A DNA stretch of 63,998 nucleotides, filler included, from Ionaspis alba (taxonomy: Eukaryota): NCBI GenBank assembly GCA_964255285.1. It is 9 parts of 9 records of this genome, joined end to end, with 100 filler letters (N's around TTAATTAATTAA, not from the genome) between each part and the next. Parts side by side here need not be neighbours in the genome. Positions count along the whole stretch, not along the records: positions 21,957 to 29,145 come from CAXUUL010000847.1; positions 29,246 to 36,412 come from CAXUUL010000848.1; positions 36,513 to 43,660 come from CAXUUL010000849.1; 6 more parts are not named here. One strand, 5' to 3'. Under the pieces are notes generated by a model. That model had not been told where the DNA came from. It searched no databases and worked only from the letters and a program-made list of their open reading frames with translations. Positions 27,011 to 39,500 of the stretch are shown here, in pieces. Both the position numbers and the translations under genes were made by a program. Within the stretch, counting starts at the first letter, position 1, and each line of letters starts with the position of its first letter.

Positions 27011-27404
27011 AATAAAGCTATTTATAATTTCATTACCGGCCATTTCAAAAATGTTTCGTGGCTTGGATTGCTTTCTTGCTTATTCAATTGGAACTAAATT
27101 TGTGTACTAGCTTTCCTAGCCTCTAGGTTATCTCCATACTTAGCTAAAATGTAATGAGTTAGGGCTATCTTCAAGTCTATCACGTCAAGTAGTTGTAAGA
27201 CTGCCTGTTCGGCTGTTGATTTGATCCAAAAATGCCAAAACAGAAAATATTTACACCTGTCGGAAGTCGAATCCTAAATAAATCTTATTCGATTATTTAG
27301 AAATGCCACAGGGTTTTGCCGAACCCTCTGATTGGTTTAGTATAACACTGGAAGTAAAAAACGAGATAATCAAAAAGATAGATCCCTCAAAACAACAGAA
27401 CGTA

Positions 27405-27494
27405 TACACTAGTCGTGAATCGAACACGAACCTCTTGCTTGGCACGCTTGGAAAGCTTGGAAGGCAAGAATCCTAACCATTGGACCACTAGTGT
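27405..27494 (-). tRNA. tRNA-Gly(TCC) with 18-nt intron (27440-27457)
   Basis: On the minus strand: acceptor ACACTAG/CTAGTGT+A, D-arm GTCC/GGAT, anticodon arm CTTGC-CTTCCA[intron]A-GCAAG, T-arm TCGTG-TTCGATT-CACGA. A TTTT run lies downstream. Confidence 0.9.
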
Positions 27495-27559
27495 TAACTG
27501 ATATGATCGAACTTCATAATATACTATATCAATTCTGCATCAAAGGCACAAGAAGAATT

Positions 27560-29070
27560 TGTGGAACTTAATGATTCAGCGTGGAGTCAGCAGAATGACT
27601 TATTTCTTCAATGAATGTACCGACAAGGAATCAGTTGATCAGAGATCGTCCGCGTCGGAACGAAAGCGAAGACGGGATTATATGAGAAATATATATTTGG
27701 CATACGAATCCTCCTCTGTTCACGCAAGGAGAGCAATTTTGCAAAAATCAGCAATTCCAAATGGGAGCTTTTACATCACTTTCTAAAGGTCGGTCCCGAC
27801 ACTTGTCAATTTCGAGACCTCTGTACAGCGATAAGTCCAATAACGCCTGCCGGTTTCGAAGCATATGGCTTTTCACCTCCCGCCGATGTCCGACGATATC
27901 CGCAGGGTTTCCAGGACATTATTCCTCTTATCATTAATCCGCCACAATTGACAGTTGAAGATCTACTCCAAAGCAACCGTCAAGAATATTTGGTATAGCT
28001 TGTAAATCAATATCCAGCGAGCCCATACAAGGGCTTTGGCAAGTTCAGGGCTTGCCCTGGAGCTGTTGCCGTTCGGCGACTATTCCGTACAAAATGGTTG
28101 TGAGAAGATACTATCCTCAGTCTGGAGGCCGAAACTATGCTGCCTGGAATATAAATCAAAACTCCAATTATTGTAGGGAGAACTTCCCTATGTACATTGT
28201 GTCCAAGCCACGAGAAGAACTATAGTTGTAGAACTCTACGATCTTACTAAAATCTATGGCCACTCCAAGGCTTTATTCATTGGGAGAGTTCCAGCTTCTA
28301 TCTTCTCAATGATATTGAGCAGTATAAAGGTCCTGCATGGTAATGATGGTTATGTTCTTTGATCTTATTGAAAGAATTACCAGGCAACTCATCTACAACC
28401 AGGGAGTCCTCACAGTGGTACAGAAAAGCCATCTTGAGTACCACAATAAGCATCTCCAGGTTGCAGCTTACTCATGGCCTGTATTGGAAAATGGTCAATG
28501 AACTGCGGGATATTTTGGAAATCGAGGGTGGAAGATTATGCGAGACACTCCAGTGAGCACATATTGTTGAAAGGGTCGTGGATCTGTCTTGGCTGTCTGT
28601 GCTTGTTGATTATGCAGGATACCGAGGATGGGAAAAAGCAACTGTCGGAGTATTTCCGCCGGCAATTGGAATCCATTGCATGCGAGTAGTACTTCAATTC
28701 TACGCGTCTAGCTTGCGCTATCTGCGCTCGGACGTTTCTTCATTTCGTGACTGTGATACTGGCGGCCCCGCCCTCGCCGAAGTCATTGACAATCAGACGA
28801 TCTACTTTATACCTCGTCGTTGTAGCCCGATTATGCCTTCCGCGTTGTCTCCAGCCACGAATTGTGAGTTACAGCGGACGAGATCGCGAAAGCATCAGCG
28901 GTGAACCACACAATTTGTTTGACACATACCCCAGTAGCGCTGTTTCCCTCCAACTGCCTCGTACAAGAATCATGTTCCTGCAGACGCAAGTTCATGCCAT
29001 CTCTTGCGGTCGTCACAAATCGCTTCAGGAGATAAAGCAAGTGCTCATGGATCTAGAGCCGCACAACTAG
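27560..29070 (+). pseudogene. Degenerate protein-coding remnant, possibly the winged-helix/C-terminal part of a NACHT-type NLR
   Basis: Protein-like fragments are interrupted by stops and frameshifts. Near 27975, GCAACCGTCAAGAATATTTG reads ATVK(E)YL with a 1-nt shift, similar to the H.TVKEYL motif. CCLEY and NYCRENFPMY segments follow. Confidence 0.3.
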
Positions 29071-29434
29071 ATCTGCTATGATCGCGATTAAATCCTTCCA
29101 ATTCTGCAGATCTTGCGCACGTCCATTCATCCCCATGTTCACGAANNNNNNNNNNNNNNNNNNNNNNNNNNNNNNNNNNNNNNNNNNNNTTAATTAATTA
29201 ANNNNNNNNNNNNNNNNNNNNNNNNNNNNNNNNNNNNNNNNNNNNTGTTGGGCTGGAGCCATTTCGCAATTTTAATATGATTCTGTAGCTAGCATTATTT
29301 TCGCGAATAGAGAATGTGCGCTTTAGGCCTTGTCAATGCGTTTTATCTGTCTTAAGTTCCAATACACCAAGTGGCCTAAGTTCGGTATAACGAGCTCCGT
29401 CTATACTCCCATCGCTTTTGGTTCCTTTCCCCTC

Positions 29435-30415
29435 TCACTTTCGGGCTCTCGATAGCTCGATGTCAACTAACCACGGCCTCTGCACCGGAATATCCCCACT
29501 ACCAGAAATAGACGCATTAACGAATAGAGTTTGCTTGTCATGTTCGAGAGGATGCTCATCTCCAGTGCAATGGCTGGTTATACAACATCTGTCCAGATTG
29601 TACCGTTCCAATTTCTTCAATCTCTGCTCGGCGTCCTCTTGTGTGTCGAATTTGGACGGCCTTAGGCATGCGAGCTTTTCTATCAGAGGTGATCTATCGT
29701 TGTCGATAGCTGTGAAATGGGTCGGTTGTTCGCCATGATCGTCTCGCCAGGTTACCAGTTTTGCGCCCCAACCTTCGTGGATATGCCCGAAGCAGTGCAA
29801 TTGTGGTCTGGCTCGGGCGACAGCTGCGAAGAGATCTGGACATCCTGCCCTTTCTCGGCCATAAGTGTAATCCATGATGCCTTTTGGTGGCCCATGGGTG
29901 ATGGCGACGTCGACGACTTCTCTCTTGATAGAGAATTTGTGTCCTTGTTCCGGATGGTACTGGAATCCCCATGCGCCCAAAGCAGGTGTGTAGGGACTGG
30001 CATAGACTGTTAGTAGCGCTCCGTTTTCGAGCGTGAATTGGTGAGTCCCTTCGTCGAGCAACATTATGCCTGCGTCTTTCGCATCTTCAAACAATTGTCT
30101 GGCCTCTCCTGGGGTACCGTATTCTTTCGCAACGAGCTCTGGGTCCAGTGGTGGCGTTACTTCTGCGATCTTCCTTTCGAACGCTGGAAGGTCCATGGTA
30201 AAATCGTGATTACCCGCGATGGCCAGCTTAAGAGGTGCATTAATGTCTTTGAGGAGTTGAATGGCGGTCTGAAACTCTTCTAGCTTAGAGCCGTCAGTAA
30301 GATCGCCGCAATGAATTGCGACGTCTGCGCGTTGAAGGGGCCTATCTGCAGGGTTGAAGTCCATGCCGTGTGTGTCTGAAATGATGAGGAGGCGAGTGTT
30401 GATCTTTGAATCCAT
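29435..30415 (-). CDS. Calcineurin-like metallophosphoesterase (MPPED-type), intronless
   Basis: Motifs are IISDTHG, HCGDLT, IAGNHD, THGPP, FGHIHEG and FVNAS. ATG is at 30415. Confidence 0.92.
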   Translation of the reverse strand: MDSKINTRLLIISDTHGMDFNPADRPLQRADVAIHCGDLTDGSKLEEFQTAIQLLKDINAPLKLAIAGNHDFTMDLPAFERKIAEVTPPLDPELVAKEYGTPGEARQLFEDAKDAGIMLLDEGTHQFTLENGALLTVYASPYTPALGAWGFQYHPEQGHKFSIKREVVDVAITHGPPKGIMDYTYGRERAGCPDLFAAVARARPQLHCFGHIHEGWGAKLVTWRDDHGEQPTHFTAIDNDRSPLIEKLACLRPSKFDTQEDAEQRLKKLERYNLDRCCITSHCTGDEHPLEHDKQTLFVNASISGSGDIPVQRPWLVDIELSRARK

Positions 30416-32234
30416 ACTGCTGAAGTGTATGTGGTCAATCAAATTATTAGTGATATATAAAGATGTATGATCAGCGACCGATCCAATAGGGAGAAGTTTG
30501 TCGGTGCCAGGAGATTCTGTACCGTGATTTAGGGGATATGCTTGGAAATATTTAAGAACGGTGATAGTATGCAGGAAGGGGAATGCAAGAATTATATATT
30601 GCTTGCAATGGAATCAGGAGGGTAACATATGCAGAAATGACTTTCAAAGAAGACAACTCGTGGACCTGGAGCTATATATACGTGGTGAGAGTAGGAAGTG
30701 ATAGCATTCGATATTGAAATGCCAATTCAGACTGNNNNNNNNNNNNNNNNNNNNNNNNNNNNNNNNNNNNNNNNNNNNNNNNNNNNNNNNNNNNNNNNNN
30801 NNNNNNNNNNNNNNNNNNNNNNNNNNNNNNNNNNCTGATTTACTACTGGTCTAAGCGAAAGTTTGTTATACTGAACCACTAGTGTGGTTATGTGATCCCC
30901 TGGAGCCGACTATTTCCTACACCTGTGGCGTCAGTTTAACTTTCTTGCCATAGGCATTTCCCCTGCTCCTATGAGGTACAGAGAGTCGCAAACATGGTAA
31001 GCCAAGAATATTCGAAAAAAATCAGATTTAAATTTAATCTGTCAATTGAAGTTTGATTGAGGAGATGATCTCCTTGCGATCTGATTCGGAGAACGTTTCT
31101 TGAGACTATGACATATCATGCAAGCACAAACCGTGTACCTATTCAATCGATATGATTGTCACCGTACTTGTAAATGGCCCATGAAAGGGAAGTATCTATT
31201 GCGCCTATAAGAATCCATTAACCGCACTGTAGGCCACGGCTCCGGTAGTGTATCCCTGGTCGACAGTCCACACTGGATATACAATACTCTCTCTATCGAT
31301 GCTTAGATCGTAGTAGTATAAAGGATCATATATCTTGATGGTCTGTCCTCTAAGTGGTCAAGATGTGTGACAGAATCGTAACTTGTTACACTTACCAAGC
31401 TCATTGAACTCGTTGCGATTGCCGTAACGACGGTTTTGAGGAGCTGGAGGAGGCGGGGCATCGCGAGAAATCTATGACTATAATCATACCAAGTATGGAG
31501 TAGCCGACTTTTCCATATAGCCTTCTATGATTGAATGCTCTGGCACAATGTATCTTGCTAGACGTATCACTTTTTAAACGTTGATTGCCCCAGCACACTA
31601 GTAGAACTTGGAAGTGTACCTGTATCGGTCTCGGATGCTAGCACAATGCACAACGAAGGTCTCCCGGGTCGTTGAAGAAGGTCGGCATAATTCGGGCTGT
31701 ACATGATTATACATTATTCACGTGAGAATATAGTTACATCGTAAGGTTGTGGCTCTCCTTAGCCAAAATTAGATCCAACGGTCGCGCGTGTGCCTTGCGG
31801 GAAATTGCGCTGACGAGATTGCGGGTAAGTGTAGGCTCGATACACCAGGAACCCCTTATCGATGGATCTGACACGCCCCTGGCTGCTCACTCTACTCTTC
31901 GATTGTATACTCAGATTCCCTCTCTACCATCCTACGTAGACTTTTCCCTCATCCGTCCAGCCTTTCTATCTTATTGTAATACTAGATACTACTACTAATA
32001 ATCTTCTTTCGTTCCAATCGCTTCTCTCTTTAATCCATCCCAATTTTGTCTTTTCGATACTAACGCTCAAATACTGGTGGCCCTCCTTATTCTTGACCAC
32101 TCCTCGCTGCCCGTTAGCCTACCAATCAACTCGAACAAAACTTTCCATCGTCTCAATTCCTACTCTCAGGAGCTCTCAGTGGATGCACAAAAGCTCAGAG
32201 CAGCCTCGTCCACCACGTAACCGCAACAACGGCT

Positions 32235-33830
32235 TTGATACTTCCACCGATCATTCAGGGGACGTCGTCCGTCGACCCGTCCCTTCGACTGCCCTCGCCA
32301 CACATGATTCGCACGTTACCCACCTTCAGTATGGCTCCATCGGCGGACGAGAGAGCCCCATCACCACTTCCGCCACTGGGACATGACATTTCAAGACCAT
32401 CGTCAACGTCAACCCAGAGCGATGTACGTCAGCAGCAGCAACAGCAGCAATACGCGCATGGACAAAATAGCCTCAACGTTGCCCTTCCGGGACTGTCAGC
32501 TTTAGCATCAGTCGCGTCAGCTCCGTCAGAGCAGCTCAGGTATGTGGTTTGCGGTCTCCCACGTGTAAGACCACGGTGGCCCGTTGTTTGGTCGCGCAGC
32601 GAAAGCCGAGGTCTCCCACGACAATGCTGTTTCGTGGACTACAGTGCAAGTAACTAAGGCTGACCACTGTTTCTGATTTCTGGCAGAGGATTCAGCAGTA
32701 TTGGCCAGAATGTGACCTATTCCACAGCGTCGCCTACTCCGACTTCAGTTAGTGGTCAGGGAAACACTCCTGTGAGTTGCACCAAGTTTCGCGTTGCAAT
32801 TCTTATCGGCTCGCAAAAACTCTCCTTCCACCATCCAAATCCTTATCGCGACACAACCCAAAATATCCAAGAAAGTCCATCGATCATTCTGTCCCCTTTT
32901 TCTTGGTCATGGCGACCCTCACTGACAGTGATCATGGAAATTTACAGCCCGTATGCCAAAATTGCACGACCTCCACGACGCCTCTCTGGAGAAGGGATGA
33001 GATCGGTTCGGTCCTATGCAACGCTTGCGGCTTATTCCTGAAGCTACATGGCCGGCCTCGTCCGATAAGCTTGAAGACCGATGTCATCAAGAGCAGAAAT
33101 CGTGTTAAAAGCGCTGCTCAGGGTCAAAAGAAAAAGGTATGGGATTTGCGCAACTGTCCCGTATAACCATATCGAGAGGCTAATAATCCTTGCATAGTCT
33201 TTATTTGACAGCAGTGGTGTTCCAATATCGCGGTCGGAGGCCGGTACTCCCCCGCCAGGTCACCAACCCCATCGTCGAGCATCGCAGAAGAACTCCTCTG
33301 GTGGCTCGGATCGCTCCAACTCTCCAATCTCCCGCACGAACACACCTTCTCTCCAACATCCCCCAAACATCGCACCACAACACATGTTCGACCATGCCTC
33401 CCTGCCCGACCACGCCTTCACGCACTCTCCATCCCTACCCGCCCTGAACCTGCGACACCCATCCCCAGGCTCAACCACCTCTCTCAACGACCGACACCTC
33501 GAACCATCACAATCCTACGAAGCTCTCCAGCAATCCAACACAACTCTCAAAACCCGCGTCAGCGAACTAGAAGTCATCAACGAGCTATACCGAGGTCGCG
33601 TGCAGCAACTCGAGCAGAACGACCGACGCCAAGAGATGGTCCATACCCAGCTGCGACAGGCTCTGGAGCAGTCGCAGCAGCGCGAGAACGACTTGAAGCG
33701 GAGATTCGACGACCTCGAGCAGGAGGTGGCCGACTTGCGGGACTCGGACTTGCCTCATTCCAAGAAATCTCGCCTTTCTGATCCTTCGGAATACCCAGAT
33801 CCGCCCCAATCTACACCGCATGCTCGCTAG
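32235..33830 (+). CDS. areB: GATA transcription factor AreB/ASD-4 (GATA zinc finger + leucine zipper), 4 exons, alternative starts
   Basis: The zinc finger is [50 protein letters not shown] and the zipper is [19 protein letters not shown]. Introns are 32540-32686, 32772-32947 and 33137-33197. In-frame starts are TTG 32235, ATG 32304, ATG 32331 and intronic ATG 32909. Confidence 0.92.
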
Positions 33831-34327
33831 CCAGACGCTCTTCGAGCGTCTTGAGGCAGGTTTCCTTTTGTTTGACTGTGCTTGATGATACCATAATTAC
33901 GACTGTTTCATGTCTGCATCTTACAATGGCTACAATGCCAGTAATTAATCTAATGGAAGGATAGTCCCTGTCTAGGTCGTCGCCTTTGGGAGGAGGTCAC
34001 AATCAGGATAGTGCTCAGACAAAAAGTTGAAATTGAAAAAAATTTGAATTTCAATTTGAATTTGAATTTTGTTACGGCTAGCTCAATCACTGCTTATGGA
34101 GGCCTAGAACCATTTCATTGAGTGAGCTATTTGAACCTTGAAAAAGGACGAGGAAAGAACCAGGATATTATGGTAGAAGGGGCGAAGGACCCGTAGTTTA
34201 CTAGTATGTAGTTTACTAGTATATAGCCTCCTTTTTGGAGGATAATGAATGGACAACTTTACACACACAGTCAATCTGACCCTGTTGATTGTTTAGACTA
34301 CGACGGTGTCTTCTGCCACTACATTAT

Positions 34328-35677
34328 TGTAGCTACCCGGCCAAAAATCGTTTATAAGAGTCGTACAAGACTCTGCCAACATCAACCCACGCGTTGCACA
34401 GGAAACGGAGGGAGCAGTCGCATGGAAATTATCCCCCCTGCCAAGACGCGCTAGTCTCGATCCAGCCTTGTATATAACGTCCTATGGGACGGCCGCCACA
34501 TTACCCCTTTATAGACAGCAGATCTGTTTTCAGACCTCGAGGAACCACTTGTGCAAACGATTCAGCTTTTCCTCCGAGATTTTCGCTCGGTACATTTCTT
34601 CGCAGCCAGATTATCCTCCCCGTAAGGCTCCAAATCCGTACCTGACTTGTAAGTCTTCAACCACGCTTATAGGCGTAGGGATGGTCTGTTTTTTCATGAT
34701 ACGCGTTGTAGTAGTCTTTGATTCGCTGTGAGACACCTATAAAACCATTTGCGTCATACCATGCAGAATCAGCATCGTAACCTTCCCATGGAACTTGATG
34801 TTATAGGATGTCGTTATAGATTCGACTCGCTAGTATGCCTTCGGTCGTGTATCCAAGCTCCCATTAATCTCAATAAAAGAATCAAGTTTTCGCATTTGCT
34901 TAAGACGAGGGTCGTCCGCAGCCCTTTCTCAATCGATCAGTATAAAAACCCTTGTCCATTTTCATATACTTGGACTGGTCTATGACGTAGAAATTGCCTT
35001 TTATAACGGAGACTCGAGAGCGACCTGCTGCTTGATAATCGAGCTTCAGGTTTAAATGTTCCGTGGTCCAACCGTTACGTGTAACGTATGCCCAATCATT
35101 GACTCCAAAATCTGGCTCTTTGACAATTCGAAAATTTCGTGAGCTCTATTCGCGAACATCTAAACCTCCTCTTTTATATATTGTTCTTTAACCGTTTTTG
35201 AGGTCCGCGCGCGTTCTCGCCATTGAAATACAGACAAGGCTTTTGACCGAGTTTCAATTCGTATAATAACATTCCTACAAACGAATAGGGGAGCATTGCT
35301 CGCGCGAAATTTGTAGCTGGCAACAGATCTAACCAATTATCCTGATAGTCAATATATTGATTAGATCTTTCAATATCCTCGTCGGTTTGTAAATGATAGG
35401 CCGTTGACAATTTTTATTTGACGTCTACGAGTTCGCACAGCTCGTCTATAAATATCGAGATAAATTGTAATCCGCGATCTGACGTAGCGACTTCGGGAAT
35501 TCTTCAAATATAGCACAGTCACTCGGTAAACCGGGCCAATAACACTGTACTGTTGCAGCTTGGCTGTTTTGGTTTTCTTCTGAAGGGGCTGTAACAGGCG
35601 TCGAGTGAGCTTTATTTACACCAATGTAGCTACTCGGCAAAAGATCGTTCATAGGAGTCGTACAAACTCTGCCAACA
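34328..35677. repeat. Imperfect ~54-bp direct repeat pair (34328-34381 and 35625-35677) in a degenerate region
   Basis: The copies are tgtagctacccggccaaaaatcgtttataagagtcgtacaagactctgccaaca and tgtagctactcggcaaaagatcgttcataggagtcgtacaaactctgccaaca. Confidence 0.85.
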
Positions 35678-36512
35678 ACGTCGTGTAGGAAGTTCTCCGG
35701 TTTTAATAGTGTTATATCCTTTTTTTTGCTCGCAGTGTTAGGTTGGCAAGTTCCCGAGTGAGGTTGCGCGCGTAATTAAAAAACTGATCATGAACTTGCG
35801 GGTCTGGGCCGACGAGTTCCTCCTAACAGCTTTTTCTATAGTCTCGTTCCTCTTCAGGATCTTGGTGGGGTGAAGGCGTAGTTGCTGCATGCAGTTTGTC
35901 TCGCCGTTTAGCATCTGTATAGGGCTGTGTAAGGTATCTGCGCAGGGTACGGTGGCTTTGGTCACTGCGTGGCGATAGTCAAATGATAGAAGAGTTGCAA
36001 CAGTATGAATTACTATTATAAATTACTATTAACTATCTAAAGGGTTGGCGATGTCGGATTTATTCTTATGAAAACTTGACGCTAATTTGCGATAGGTTTA
36101 GGAGCCTCGCGATCTTATCAAACCGAACACATTACCGTACCGGGGAGGCTTGGCATACTTCCGGGGAGACCGGGTAACTCGATTGACCCTGGTCATCGAC
36201 CCAAGCAAGAAAACTCTAAATAAGGGCAGCCGCGTGTGTGTTCTAATATGCGTTCATTCAAACCACGCTGAACCTATTCGGCCTTACGGAGCCGTACATT
36301 ATAAGTCTTGTCAGTACGCTAAAAATGCCTTTTACAAAGGCTTGTCTTGGCGAGGTAGATTGATTATATTAAATATTTAATTAATTATTATACAGATTGT
36401 TTAATTGAATCTNNNNNNNNNNNNNNNNNNNNNNNNNNNNNNNNNNNNNNNNNNNNTTAATTAATTAANNNNNNNNNNNNNNNNNNNNNNNNNNNNNNNN
36501 NNNNNNNNNNNN

Positions 36513-39500
36513 CTCCCAGCGTCTCCCCCTCCCCCAACACCCCAACCTCTGTTAGCCGTCTTCTCCGCAATCCTTACATCCCGATCCAACACCTCCACCA
36601 GCCCCTCTGCGAATTTCTCGCGAACAGGGTCTCCACTGAGAACTCTCTTCTTACTCAAATCCATGAAAGCGCCGCTCAACAACCTCTCAAGCCCCTTTCT
36701 AAATTCTATGATGGTCTTCGCAGCTCGTCGGTCATCGCTCTTGACATAAAAGGGCAGCCAATCGTCCATCTGCAGCAAGCGCACGCTACTGCTCGATTCG
36801 TACAGGCGGCCACCAAACAGCGTGGCCATCAGGGGTGTGGTTTCCGTGGTGTCACGCAGGAAGATGGAGCGCCCATCGTTAGATTTTGCCATCGTGCTGT
36901 AGGAGAGCAGAGAACCATAGGCAAAGCTGGCAGGGCCGTCAGGACCGCTGCCACGCGTAGCGTTGCAGGACGATGGGTGGACGATGGTATTTCTCTCGCC
37001 TGGAGTGCGGAAAGTGGGGCCGCCTGTGGCGACGGCAAGGTTGGGGTGGAAGCCTGCTAGGGCGAGGGCTTTGATGACGTGACCTTTTGAGGAGTTCTCA
37101 TTGAGAGAGGGATCACCGTACTGATGGTTCATGCGATCACGGGGAGCTGTGTAGGGGATGAGGCCTGCTTGAACGAGAAGCTCCTCTATTTGCTGAACAG
37201 TGCCGTCGATCGATCGGAATGCGCCCATGTGAAGGAAGTTGCGGTGGCAGAACTCCCAGAATTGGTGTTGTCCACTGGTTTCGCGGATCCGGCGGGCTTC
37301 CCGGAATGCGTTGAGAATCGCAATGTGATCACTTCCGGAGCCTTGGACAAATGCCATGCGTGCCTCAGTAGCAGCGCGACGATTTTCGAGGGGGTTGATG
37401 AAGAGAGTACGCTCTTCCGCTGCGGCACCAAGTATGAGCATAGGGTCGAGGCAGCGGAAGATTACGCCGAGAACAATCATCTTGCCGAGCGCCGGATGGA
37501 CTGGCAGGGAGGCTAGAAGGCGACCAAGAGGAGTAAGCTTTTCGTCTTCGGTCAAGGCATCAAGCGCTTGTAAGTTGTTGACCGCTGCGTCAACGGCCTT
37601 CGGCGACGGAGATTCTATTGCTTCTGCTAGGAATTCTCGTATAGGTGATTGGAAAGCTTGAGCCTTTATATCAAGACAAGTCTCCTGAAGGTCTGCTCTA
37701 AGAATTTCGGGCAGACCAACAGCTCTCATCGCCTGGTGGCGAGACTTCGAGAACAGAGCGTAGTAATGACCATTCTGTACCCGACCCGCTCGACCTGCTC
37801 GCTGCTTTGAGTTTGACTTGCTCACCCATGTGCACTGAAGTGAAGTAATACGCTTCATCTGATCATACTGTTTCTCTCGACGCTTTCCTGTGTCAACGAC
37901 GTATTGAACATCTGGAATCGTAATCGATGTCTCAGCGATGTTAGTACCTAAAATGATCTTTCGGCAGCCCTCTGGGACAGGATCGAAGACTTCTGTCTGT
38001 GCGGTTGCAATCGAAGAGTGGAGCATATAGATCCTGTACTTCTCGCTGTTGCCGAAGTCTACATCTAGAGGTTTCTCAGTTCGAAGAAGCTCATCCACTT
38101 TGACGATCTCGTCGAGTCCTGGGAAGAAAACAAGAATGGCACCTTCTTTGGTCGTCTTGGCCAGATGCGCGATGGTAGTTGCCGTGAGTCCCAGAGGCAC
38201 TAAAGCATCTTCCTTTTCATTTGATGCCGTAACCTCGCCGTCTGATGAGACCATCCTCTCTTTCTTCCAGTCGATGATGAAATCATCGTCTTGCGTTTGT
38301 GGTGCGCCGGGCGTCTGTCCCGCTGTCAGTGGATTTTCTTTTGCAAATCTTCTTTCCACCTCGAAATAGTCTCGAGTCGATGGATCAGAGTACATGAGCT
38401 GCAGGTTTTTGGCTCCGTACTGCTGATCTAGCGTGTCCAGGACAGATTCGAGATACTGTTCTTTGACCGGAAAGGTTCGACCTGGTACACTCAGAGTTGG
38501 ACAGTCCTGGGGACCAGAATCGGTGATGTTTTTAAAATAGGAAGAAAAGAGATCGGCATCCATGGTTGCACTCATGAGTACGACTTTGGGAACAGATTTC
38601 CCGAGCTTTATTCTTTCGGCCATCACTTTTTTGACAATGATCAGGAGGAAATCGATGAGCATGTCGCGCTCATGGACTTCATCTATAATGAGATGAGTAG
38701 TGTTGTCCAACACATCATCTGGCTCATGTTGTAGCTGCTGCAGTAGAATACCTGTGGTACAGTAGACTACACTTCCTCCAGGTTGAGGTAATTTAGCATC
38801 AAAGCGAACATGATACCCAACGGTGTCTTGCAGCTTCTCCGCTCTCTCGGCTGCAACGCGTCGAGCAACTGATGTGGCTGCGATCCTTCGAGGTTGGGTA
38901 CAAACAATGTTACAAGCCCCACCAATGCCCTTTCGAATCGCTTGATCAAGCAAGATCTGAGGGACCTGAGTGGTTTTTCCACTGCCTGTAGCTCCAATGA
39001 TGATACTGTACGTATTTCCATTCACTATGTCCAGCACCTGCGCCTGGTATTGATTCATGGGAAGGTCCTCTCTTTTCTTGCGGAGCTCAGCCAGGGCTGG
39101 ATCTTTCACATACTGTTCAGCAGCTTTTTCAAGATGAATGGACCTCTTCTCACGTTCCACTAGCCCTAGGGTACGTCTTGCCCTCGGCCGCCTTGCATCC
39201 GAGCTTTGATCGAAGGTCATGTCTTCTGGCTCGTCCCGAAGACCAGACCTTCGAGCCGAAAGAAGGGTGTCGCGCATCAGGAGCACACAGTCTTCATCGA
39301 TCGGCATATCGATGGGCCTGACTTGTCTGAGTATGTCACCTGTACTGGAACGGCTGGCTTGGAAAAAACCACGTAGGAGTTCGTCGTTGTCCTTGCAGAG
39401 TGCTAGCGCTGCAGACAAATAGGCCAGGTCTTCAGCCCGCTTCTTGTTCCTCATATCAGCTTTTTCACCCACCGGTTCACCATCGATAAGCACTTGAACT

